Assembly: GCA_964016885.1 (NCBI GenBank)
Contig: OZ024760.1
Span: forward strand, 32,736,001-32,800,000
DNA: 64,000 nucleotides
Source of the DNA: Eledone cirrhosa
Taxonomy: Eukaryota
Direction of reading: 5' to 3'
Positions 54,101 to 64,000 of the stretch are shown here, piece by piece. The notes below the pieces were generated by a model, which was not told the origin of the DNA, made no database searches, and saw only the letters and a program-made list of their open reading frames with translations. Positions within the stretch are counted from its first letter, which is position 1, and every line of letters begins with the position of its first letter. Position numbers and translations under genes: made by a program.

Positions 54101-55470
54101 AAAGCACCCAGTACTCACTGTACAGTGGTTGTGCAGGTCTAAAGTCAGAAATCACCCAGTCCACCCTGTACAGTGGTTGTGTAGGTCTCAAGACAGAAAG
54201 CACCCAGTACTCACTGTACAGTGGTTGTGCATGTCTCAAGTCAGAAATCACCCAGTCCACCCTGTACAGTGGTTGTGTAGGTCTCCAATCAGAAAGCATC
54301 CAGTCCACCCTGTACAGTGGTTGTGTAGGTCTCAAGACAGAAAGCACCCAGTCTACCCTGTACGGTGGTTGTGTAGGTCTCAAGACAGAAAGAACCCAGT
54401 CCACACTGTACAGTGGTTGTGTAGGTCTCAAGACAGAAAGAACCCAGTCCACCCTGTACAGTGGTTGTGTAGGTCTCAAGACAGAAAGTGCCCAGTCCAG
54501 CCTGTACAGCGGTTGTGTAGGTCTCAAGACAGAAATCACCCAGTTCACCCTGTACAGTGGTTGTGCAGGTCTCAAGACAGAAAGCACCCAGTCCTCCCTG
54601 TACAATGGTTGTGTAGGTCTCAAGACAGAAATCACCCAGTCCACCCTGTAGAGTGGTTGTGTAGGTCTCAAGACAGAAAGCACCCAGTCCACCCTGTATA
54701 GTGGTTGTGTAGGCCTCAAGACAGAAAGCACCCAGTCCACACTGTACAGTGCTTGTGTAGGTCTCAAGACAGAAAGCACCCAGTCCAGACTGTACAGTGG
54801 TTGTGTAGATCTCAAGACAGAAAGCACCCAGTCCACCCTGTACAGTGGTTGTGTAGGTCTCAAGCCAGAAAGTGCCCAATCCACCCTGTACAGTGTTTGT
54901 GTAGGTCTCAAGACAGAAATCACCCAGTCCACGTTGTACAGTGGTTGTGTAGGTCTCAAGACAGAAAGCACCCAGTCCACCCTGTACAGTGGCTGTGTAG
55001 GTCTCAAGACAGAAAGCATGCAGTCCAACATGTACATTGGTTGTGTAGGTCTCAAGACAGAAATCACCCAGTCCACCCTGTACAGTGGTTGTGCAGGTCT
55101 CAAGACAGAAAGCACCCAGTTCTCCCTGTACAGTGGTTGTGTAGGTCTCAAGACAGAAAGCACCCAGTACTCACTGTACAGTGGTTGTGCATGTCTCAAC
55201 TCAGAAATAACCCAGTCCACTCTGTACAGTGGTTGTGTAGGTCTCAAGACAGAAAGTACCCAGTCCACCCTGTACAGTGGTTGTGTAGCTCTCAAGACAG
55301 AAAGAAACCAGTCCACACTGTACAGTGGTTGTGTAGGTCTCAAGACAGAAAGCACCCAGTCCACGCTGTACAGTGGTTGTGTAAGTCTCAAGACAGAAAG
55401 TGCCCAGTCCACCCTGTACAGTGATTGTGTAGGTCTCAAGACAGAAATCACCCAGTTCACCCTGTACAGT
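51150..55470 (+). repeat. Higher-order duplication, period 2112 bp then 2208 bp (44 then 46 monomers)
   Basis: ORF pairs 51412/53524, 51585/53697 and 51862/53974 are offset by 2112, and 52497/54705 and 53217/55425 by 2208. Shared markers are GGTAACAAG, TACGCCC, CTCCAATCAG and CAACTCAG. Confidence 0.87.
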
Positions 55471-55483
55471 GGTTGTGTAGGTC

Positions 55484-56730
55484 TCAAGAGAGAAAGCACC
55501 CAGTCCTCCCTGTACAGTGGTTGTGTAGGTCTCAAGACAGAAATCACCCAGTCCACCCTGTACAGTGGTTGTGTAGGTCTCAAGACAGAAAGCACCCAGT
55601 CCACCCGGTACAGTGGTTGTGTAGGTCTCAAGACAGAAAGAACCGAGTCCACACTGTACAGTGGTTGTGTAGGTCTCAAGACAGAAAGCACCCAGTCCTC
55701 CCTGTACAGTGGTTGTGTAGGTCTCAAGACAGAAAGCACCCGGTCCACACTGTACAGTGGTTGTGTAGGTCTCAAGACAGAAAGTACCCAGTCCACCCTG
55801 TACAGTGGTTGTGTAGGTCTCAAGTCAGAATGCACCTTGTCCACCCTGTACAGTGGTTGTGTAGGTGTCAAGACAGAAATCACCCAGTCCACCATGTACA
55901 GTGGTTGTGTAGCTCTCAAGAGAGAAAGCACCCAGTCCACCCTGTACAGTGGTTGTGTAGCTCTCAAGACAGAAAGCACCCAGTCCACCCTGTACAGTGG
56001 TTGTGTAGGTCTCAAGACAGAAATCACCCAGTCCACCATGTACAGTGGTTGTGTAGGTCTCAAGACAGAAAGCACCCAATCCACCCTGTACAGTGGTTGT
56101 GTAGCTCTCAAGAGAGAAAGCACCCAGTCCTCCCTGTACAGTGGTTGTGTAGGTCTCAAGACAGAAATCACCCAGTCCACCCTGTACAGTGGTTGTGTAG
56201 GTCTCAAGACAGAAAGCACCCAGTCCACCCGGTACAGTGGTTGTGTAGGTCTCAAGACAGAAAGAACCGAGTCCACACTGTACAGTGGTTGTGTAGGTCT
56301 CAAGACAGAAAGCACCCAGTCCTCCCTGTACAGTGGTTGTGTAGGTCTCAAGACAGAAAGCACCCGGTCCACACTGTACAGTGGTTGTGTAGGTCTCAAG
56401 ACAGAAAGTACCCAGTCCACCCTGTACAGTGGTTGTGTAGGTCTCAAGTCAGAATGCACCTTGTCCACCCTGTACAGTGGTTGTGTAGGTGTCAAGACAG
56501 AAATCACCCAGTCCACCATGTACAGTGGTTGTGTAGCTCTCAAGAGAGAAAGCACCCAGTCCACCCTGTACAGTGGTTGTGTAGCTCTCAAGACAGAAAG
56601 CACCCAGTCCACCCTGTACAGTGGTTGTGTAGGTCTCAAGACAGAAATCACCCAGTCCACCATGTACAGTGGTTGTGTAGGTCTCAAGACAGAAAGCACC
56701 CAGTCCACCCTGTACAGTGGTTGTGTAGCT
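55484..56730 (+). repeat. Higher-order duplication, period 624 bp (13 monomers)
   Basis: CCACCCGGTAC occurs at 55601/56225, AACCGAG at 55641/56265 and GAATGCACCTTG at about 55828/56452. Confidence 0.88.
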
Positions 56731-59700
56731 CTCAAGACAGAAAGCACCCAGTCCTCCCTGTACAGTGGTTGTGTAGGTCTCAAGACAGAAATCACCCAGT
56801 CCAACCTGCACAGTGGTTTTGTAGGTCTCAAGACAGAAAGCACCCAGTCCACCCTGTACAGTAGTTGTGTAGGTGTCAAGACAGAAAGCACCCAGTCCAC
56901 AGTGTACAGTGGTTGTGTAGGTCTCTAGACAGAAAGCACCCAGTCCATCCTGTACAGTGGTTGTGTAGGTCTCAAGACAGAAAGCACCCAGTCCACCCTG
57001 TACAGTGGTTTTGTATGTCTCAAGACAGAAATCACCCTGTCCACCCTGTACAGTGGTTGTGCAGGTCTCAAGAGAGAAATCACCCAGTCAACCCTGTACA
57101 GTGGTTGTGTAGGTCTCAAGACAGAAAGCACCCAGTCCACACTGTACAGTGGTTGTGTAGGTCTCAAGTCAGGAAGCACACACTCCTCCCTGTACAGTGG
57201 TTGTGTAGGTCTTAAGACAGAAAGCACCCGGTCCACACTGTACAGTGGTTGTGTAAGTCTCAAGACAGAAAGCACCCAGTCCACACTGTACAGTGGTTGT
57301 GTAGGTCTCAAGACAGGAAGCACACAGTCCTCCCTCTACAGTGGTTGTGTAGGTCTTAAGACAGAAAGCACCCGGTCCACACTGTACAGTGGTTGTGTAG
57401 GTCTCAAGACAGAAAGCACCCAGTCCACGCTGTACAGTGGTTGTGTAGGTCTCAAGTCAGAAAGCACCTAGTCCACCCTGTACAGTGGTAGTGTAGGTCT
57501 CAAGTCAGAAAGCACCCAGTCCACCCTGTACAGTGGTTGTGTAGGTCTCAAGACAGAAATCACCCAGTCCACCATGTACAGTGGTTGTGTAGGTCTCAAG
57601 ACAGAAAGCACCCAGTCCACCCTGTACAGTGGTTGTGTAGGTCTCAAGACAGAAAGAACCCAGTCCACACTGTACAGTGTTTGTGTAGGTCTCAAGACAG
57701 AAAGCACCCAGTCCACACTGTACAGTGGTTGTGTAGGTCTCAAGACAGAAAGCACCCAGTCCACCCTGTACAGTGGTTATGTAGGTCTGAAGACATAAAG
57801 TGCCCAGTCCACCCTGTACAGTGGTTGTGTAGGTCTCAAGACAGAAATCACCCAGTCCACCCTGTACAGTGGTTGTGTAGGTCTCAAGACAGAAAGCACC
57901 CAGTCCTCCCTGTACAGTGGTTGTGTAGGTCTCAAGACAGAAATCACCCAGTTCACCCTGTAGAGTGGTTGTGTAGGTCTCAAGACAGAAATCACCCAGT
58001 CCTCCCTGTACAGTGGTTGTGTAGGTCTCAAGACAGAAAGCACCCAGTCCACCCTGTACAGTGGTTGTGTGGGTCTCAAGACAGAAAGAACCCAGTCCAC
58101 ACGGTACAGTGGTTGTGTATGTCTCAAGACAGAAAGCACCCAGTCCACCCTGTACAGTGGTTGTGTAGGTCTCAAGACAGAAAGCACCCAGTCCACCCTG
58201 TACAGTGGCTGTGTATGTCTCAAGACAGAAAGCATGCAGTCCACCATGTACATTGGTTGTGTAGGTCTCAAGACAGAAATCACCCAGTCCACCCTGTACA
58301 GTGGTTGTGTAGGTCTCAAGACAGAAAGCACCCAGTCCACCCTGTACAGTGGCTGTGTAGGTCTCAAGACAGAAAACATGCAGTCCACCATGTACATTGG
58401 TTGTGTAGGTCTCAAGACAGAAAGCACCCAGTACTCCCTGTACAGTTGTTGTGTAGGTCTCAAGACAGAAAGCACCCAGTACTCCCTGTACAGTGGTTGT
58501 GTAGGTCTCAAGACAGAAAGGAACCAGTACTCACTGTACAGTGGTTCTGCAGGTCTCAAGTCAGAAATCACCCAGTCCACCCTGTACAGTGGTTGTGTAG
58601 GTCTCAAGACAAAAAGCAGCCGTTCAACACTGTACAGTGGTTGTGTAGGTCTCAAGACAGAAAATAGCCAGTCCACCCTGTACAGTGGTTGTGTAGGTCT
58701 GAAGACAGAAAGCACCCAGTCCACCCTGTACAGTGGTTGTGTAGCTCTCAAGACAGAAAGCACCCAGTCCACCCTGTACAGTGGTTGTGTAGGTCTCAAG
58801 ACAGAAATCACCCAGTCCACCATGTACAGTGGTTGTGTAGGTCTCAAGACAGAAAGCACCCAGTCCACCCTGTACAGTGGTTGTGTAGGTCTCAAGACAG
58901 ACACCACCCAGTCCACCCTGTACAGTGGTTGTGTAGGTCTCAAGTCAGAAAGAGGCCAGTCCACCCTGTACAGTGTTTGTGTAGGTCTCAAGACAGAAAG
59001 CACCCAGTCTAACCTGTACAGTGGTTGTGTAGGTGTCAAGATAGAAAGCACCCAGTCCACCCTGTACAGTGGCTGTGTAGGTGACAAGATAGAAAGCACC
59101 CTGTCCACCCTGTACAGTGGTTGTGTAGGTCTCAAGACAGAAAGCACCCAGTCCAACCTGTACAGTGGTTGTGTAGCTCTCAAGACAGAAAGCGCCCATT
59201 CGACATTGTACAGTGGTTGTGTAGGTCTCAAGACAGAAAGCACCCAGTCCACCCTGTACAGTGGTTGTGTAGGTCTCAAGACAGAAAGCGCCCAGTCTAT
59301 ATTGTACAGTGGTTGTGTAGGTCTCAAGACAGAAATCACCCAGTCCACAGTGTACAGTGGTTGTTTAGGTCTCAAGTCAGAAAGCACCCAGTCCACCCTG
59401 TACAGTGGTTGTGTAGGTCTCAAGTCAGAAAGCACCTAGTCCACCCTGTACAGTGGTTGTGTAGGTCTCAAGTCAGAAAGCACCCAGTCCACCCTGTACA
59501 GTGGTTGTGTAGGTCTCAAGACAGAAAGCACCCAGTCCACAGTGTACAGTGGTTGTGTAGGTCTCAAGACAGAAAGCACCCGGTCCAACCTGTACAGTGG
59601 TTGTGTAGGTCTCAAGACAGAAAGCACCCAGTCCACCCTGTACAGTGGTTGTGTAGGTCTCAAGTCAGAAAGCACCTAGTCCACCCTGTACAGTGGTTGT

Positions 59701-62700
59701 GTAGGTCTCAAGTCAGAAAGCACCCAGTCCACCCTGTACAGTGGTTGTGTAGGTGTCAAGACTGAAATCACCCAGTCTACCATGTACAGTGGTTGTGTAG
59801 CTCTCAAGAGAGAAAGCACCCAGTCCACCCTGTACAGTGGTTGTGTAGCTCTCAAGACAGAAAGCACCCAGTCCACCCTGTACAGTGGTCGTGTAGGTCT
59901 CAAGACAGAAATCACCCAGTCCACCATGTACAGTGGTTGTGTAGGTCACAAGATAGAAAGCACCCAGTCCACCCTGTACAGTGGTTGTGTAGGTCTCAAG
60001 ACAGAAAGCACCCAGTCCAACCTGTACAGTGGTTGTGTAGGTCTCAAGACAGAAAGCACCCAGTCCACCCTGTACAGTGGTTGTGTAGGTCTCAAGACAG
60101 AAAGCACCCAGTCCACCCTGTACAGTGGTTGTGTAGGTCTCAAGACAGAAAGCACCCAGTCCACCCTGTACAGTGGTTGTGTAGGTCTCAAGACAGAAAG
60201 CACCCAGTCCACACTGTACAGTGGTTGTGTAGGTCTCAAGACAGAAAGCACCCAATCCACCCTGTACAGTGGTTGTGTAGGTCTCAAGACAGAAATCACC
60301 CAGTCCACCCTGTACAGTGGTTGTGTAGGTCTCAAGACAGAAAGCACCCAGTCCACCCTGTACAGTGGTTGTGTAGGTGTCAAGACAGAAAGCACCCAGG
60401 CCACAGTGTACAGTGGTTGTGTAGGTCTCTAGACAGAAAGCACCCAGTCCATCCTGTACAGTGGTTGTGTAGGTCTCAAGACAGAAAGCACCCACTACAC
60501 CCTGTACAGTGGTTGTGTAGGTCTCAAGACAGAAAGCACCCATTCCTCCCTGTTCAGTGGCTGTGTAGGTCTCAAGACAGAAAGCATACAGTCCACCATG
60601 TACATTGGTTGTGTAGGTCTCAAGACAGAAATCACCCAGTCCACCCTGTACAGTGGTTGTGTAGGTCTCAAGAGAGAAAGCACCCAGTTCTCCCTGTACA
60701 GTGGTTGTGTAGGTCTCAAGACAGAAAGCACCCAGTACTCACTGTACAGTCGTTGTGCAGGTCTCAAGTCAGAAATCACCCAGTCCATCCTGTACAGTGG
60801 TTGTGTAGGTCTCAAGTCAGAAATCACCCAGTCCACCCTGTACAGTGGTTGTGCAGGTCTCAAGACAGAAAGCACCCAGTTCTCCCTGTACAGTGGTTGT
60901 GTAGGTCTCAAGACAGAAAGCACCCAGTACTCACTGTACAGTGGTTGTGCATGTCTCAAGTCAGAAATCACCCAGTCCACCCTGTACAGTGGTTGTGTAG
61001 GTCTCAAGTCAGAAAGCATCCAGTCCACCCTGTACAGTGGTTGTGTAGGTCTCAAGACAGAAAGCACCCAGTCTACCCTGTACAGTGGTTGTGTATGTCT
61101 CAAGACAGAAAGAACCCAGTCCACACTGTACAGTGGTTGTGTAGGTCTCAAGACAGAAAGGACCCAGTCCACCCTGTACAGTGGTTGTGTAGGTCTCAAG
61201 ACAGAAAGTGCCCAGTCCACCCTGTACAGCGGTTGTGTAGGTCTCAAGACAGAAATCACCCAGTTCACCCTGTACAGTGGTTGTGTAGGTCTCAAGACAG
61301 AAAGCACCCAGTCCTCCCTGTACAATGGTTGTGTAGGTCTCAAGACAGAAATCACCCAGTCCACCCTGTACAGTGGTTGTGTAGGTCTCCAGACAGAAAG
61401 CACCCAGTCCACCCTGTACAGTGGTTGTGTAGGCCTCAAGACAGAAAGCACCCAGTCCACACTGTACAGTGGTTGTGTAGGTCTCAAGACAGAAAGCACC
61501 CAGTCCACCCTGTACAGTCGTTGTGTAGGTCTCAAGCCAGAAAGTGCCCAATCCACCCTGTACAGTGGTTGTGTAGGTCTCAAGACAGAAATCACCCAGT
61601 CCACCCTGTACAGTGGTTGTGTAGGTCTCAAGACAGAAAGCATGCAGTCCACCCTGTACATTGGTTGTGTAGGTCTCAAGACAGAAATCACCCAGTCCAC
61701 TTTGTACATTGGTTGTGTAGGTCTCAAGACAGAAATCACCCAGTCCACCCTGTACAGTGGTTGTGTAGGTCTCAAGACAGAAAGCATGCAGTCCACCCTG
61801 TACATTGGTTGTGTAGGTCTCAAGACAGAAATCACCCAGTCCACTTTGTACAGTGGTTGTGTAGGTCTCAAGACAGAAAGCACCCAGTCCACCCTGTACA
61901 GTGGCTGTGTAGGTCTCATGACAGAAAGCATGCAGTCCACCATGTACATTGGTTGTGTAGGTCTCAAGACAGAAATCACCCAGTCCACCCTGTACAGTGG
62001 TTGTGCAGGTCTCAAGACAGAAAGCACCCAGTTCTCCCTGTACAGTGGTTGTGTAGGTCTCAAGACAGAAAGCACCCAGTACTCACTGTACAGTGGTTGT
62101 GCATGTCTCAAGTCAGAAATCACCCAGTCCACCCTGTACAGTGGTTGTGTAGGTCTCAAGACAGAAAGCACCCAGTCCACCCTGTACAGTGGTTGTGTAG
62201 GTCTCAAGACAGAAAGAAACCAGTCCACACTGTACAGTGGTTGTGTAGGTCTCAAGACAGAAAGCACCCAGTCCACCCTGTACAGTGGTTGTGTAGGTCT
62301 CAAGACAGAAAGTGCCCAGTCCACCCTGTACAGTGGTTGTGTAGGTCTCAAGACAGAAATCACCCAGTTCACCCTGTACAGTGGTTGTGTAGGTCTCAAG
62401 AGAGAAAGCACCCAGTCCTCCCTGTACAGTGGTTGTGTAGGTCTCAAGACAGAAATCACCCAGTCCACCCTGTACAGTGGTTGTGTAGGTCTCAAGACAG
62501 AAAGCACCCAGTCCACCCTGTACAGCGGTTGTGTAGGTCTCAAGACAGAAAGAACCGAGTCCACACTGTACAGTGGTTGTGTAGGTCTCAAGACAGAAAG
62601 CACCCAGTCCTCCCTGTACAGTGGTTGTGTAGGTCTCAAGACAGAAAGCACCCGGTCCACACTGTACAGTGGTTGTGTAGGTCTCAAGACAGAAAGCACC

Positions 62701-64000
62701 CAGTCCACCCTGTACAGTGGTTGTGTAGGTCTCAAGGCAGAATGCACCTTGTCCAACCTGTACAGTGGTTGTGTATGTTTCAAGATAGAAAGCGCGCAGT
62801 CACCCTGTACAGTGGTTGTGTAGGTCTCAAGTCAGAAAGCACCCAGTCCACCCTGTACAGTGGTTGTGTAGGTCTCAAGACAGAAAGCACCTTGTCCAAC
62901 CTGTACAGTGGTTGTGTAGGTCTCAAGACAGAAAGCACTCAGTCCACACTGTACAGTGGTTGTGTAGGTCTCAAGACAGGAAGCACACAGTCCTCCCTGT
63001 ACAGTGGTTGTGTAGGTCTTAAGACAGAAAGCACCCAGTCCACACTGTACAGTGGTTGTGTAGGTCTCAAGACAGAAAGCACCCAGTCCACGCTGTACAG
63101 TGGTTGTGTAGGTCTCAAGTCAGAAAGCACCTAGTCCCCCCTGTACAGTGGTAGTGTAGGTCTCAAGTCAGAAAGCACCCAGTCCACCCTGTACAGTGGT
63201 TGTGTAGGTCTCAAGACAGAAATCACCCAGTCCACCAGGTACAGTGGTTGTGTAGGTCTCAAGACAGAAAGCACCCAGTCCACCCTGTACAGTGGTTGTG
63301 TAGGTCTCAAGACAGAAATCACCCTGTCCACACTGTACAGTGGTTGGCAGGTCTAAAGAGAGAAAGCACCCACTTCTCCCTGTACAGTTGTTGTGTAGGT
63401 CTCAAGACAGAAAGCAGCCAGTACTCACTGTACAGTGGTTGTGTAGGTCTCAAGACAGGAAGCACACAGTCCACACTGTACAGTGGTTGTGTAGGTCTCA
63501 AGACAGAAAGCACCCAGTCCACACTGTACAGTGGTTGTGTAGGTCTCAAGACAGGAAGCACACAGTCCTCCCTGTACAGTGGTTGTGTAGGTCTTAAGAC
63601 AGAAAGCACCCAGTCCACCCTGTACAGTAGTTGTGTCGGTCTCAAGACAGAAATCACCCAGTCCCCCCTGTACAGTGGTAGTGTAGGTCTCAAGACAGAA
63701 ATCACCCAGTCCACCCTGTACAGTGGTTGTGTAGGTCTCAAGACAGAAATCACCCAGTCCACACTGTACAGTGGTTGTGTAGGTCTCAAGACAGAAAGCA
63801 CCCAGTCCACGCTGTACAGTGGTTGTGTAGGTCTCAAGACAGAAAGCACCCAGTCCACACTGTACAGTGGTTGTGTAGGTCTCAAGTCAGAAAGCACCTA
63901 GTCCCCCCTGTACAGTGGTAGTGTAGGTCTCAAGTCAGAAAGCACCCAGTCCACCCTGTACAGTGGTTGTGTAGGTCTCAAGACAGAAATCACCCAGTCC

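Larger units (their letters stand above)
1..64000 (+). repeat. 48-bp tandem satellite array, about 1333.5 monomers, single orientation, extends past both window ends
   Basis: The monomer TCAAGACAGAAAGCACCCAGTCCACCCTGTACAGTGGTTGTGTAGGTC starts at 1, 49, 97 and so on. The last monomer start is 63978 = 1+1333x48-7, matching five small deletions (about 960, 5614, 28598, 62801, 63347). Most monomers differ from consensus by 0-4 substitutions. All translated frames show 16-aa periodicity. Confidence 0.99.

Noticed and set aside
38-63921. Long ORFs up to 1935 aa on both strands (repeats CRSQDRKHPVHPVQWL, YSGCVGLKTESTQSTL, DWVLSVLRPTQPLYRV, ETYTTTVQGGLGAFCL)
   Set aside because: The 48-bp consensus happens to lack stops in four frames, so overlapping ORFs are automatic. 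There are no unique N- or C-terminal domains. Common variants are largely non-synonymous, and stop-creating variants and a frameshift have been amplified along with the duplications.
1-64000. CRISPR array (constant ~32-bp part alternating with a variable ~16-bp part, partial dyad symmetry)
   Set aside because: The variable parts are point variants of one sequence rather than unique spacers. They are too short, and no cas genes or leader are present.
1-64000. Telomeric repeat or G-quadruplex array (GT-rich GTGGTTGTGTAGG segment)
   Set aside because: There is no canonical short telomere unit, and the strand skew reverses within each monomer. The minus strand has only two GGG runs per 48 bp, which is weak for a compact G4.
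1-64000. Embedded transposon, tRNA/5S/snRNA gene repeat, or inversion hidden in the array
   Set aside because: The 48-bp phase is accounted for from base 1 to 64000, and I saw no non-monomer or reverse-orientation segment. The monomer shows no recognisable structured-RNA gene.

Overview
The entire 64-kb window is one uninterrupted head-to-tail tandem array (satellite DNA) of a 48-bp monomer, consensus TCAAGACAGAAAGCACCCAGTCCACCCTGTACAGTGGTTGTGTAGGTC (25/48 G+C, no CpG). It holds 1333 full monomers plus a 23-bp partial, all in one orientation, with no unique sequence and neither array boundary visible. The 48-bp phase slips only five times (net -7 bp). I find no genes, RNA genes, transposons or CRISPR. 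All ORFs in the track are artefacts: 48 is a multiple of 3 and the consensus is stop-free in four of six frames. The real structure lies in the pattern of monomer variants. It shows nested higher-order duplications of 13 to about 213 monomers, a recurring ordered cassette of marker monomers, chimeric breakpoint monomers, blocks shared between distant positions, a homogeneous core with a more diverged right flank, and two dyad axes per monomer with recurrent palindrome-perfecting variants. A eukaryotic, probably methylated, heterochromatic origin is an inference, and I cannot name the satellite family or organism. The sequence does not support a novel gene-encoded system.
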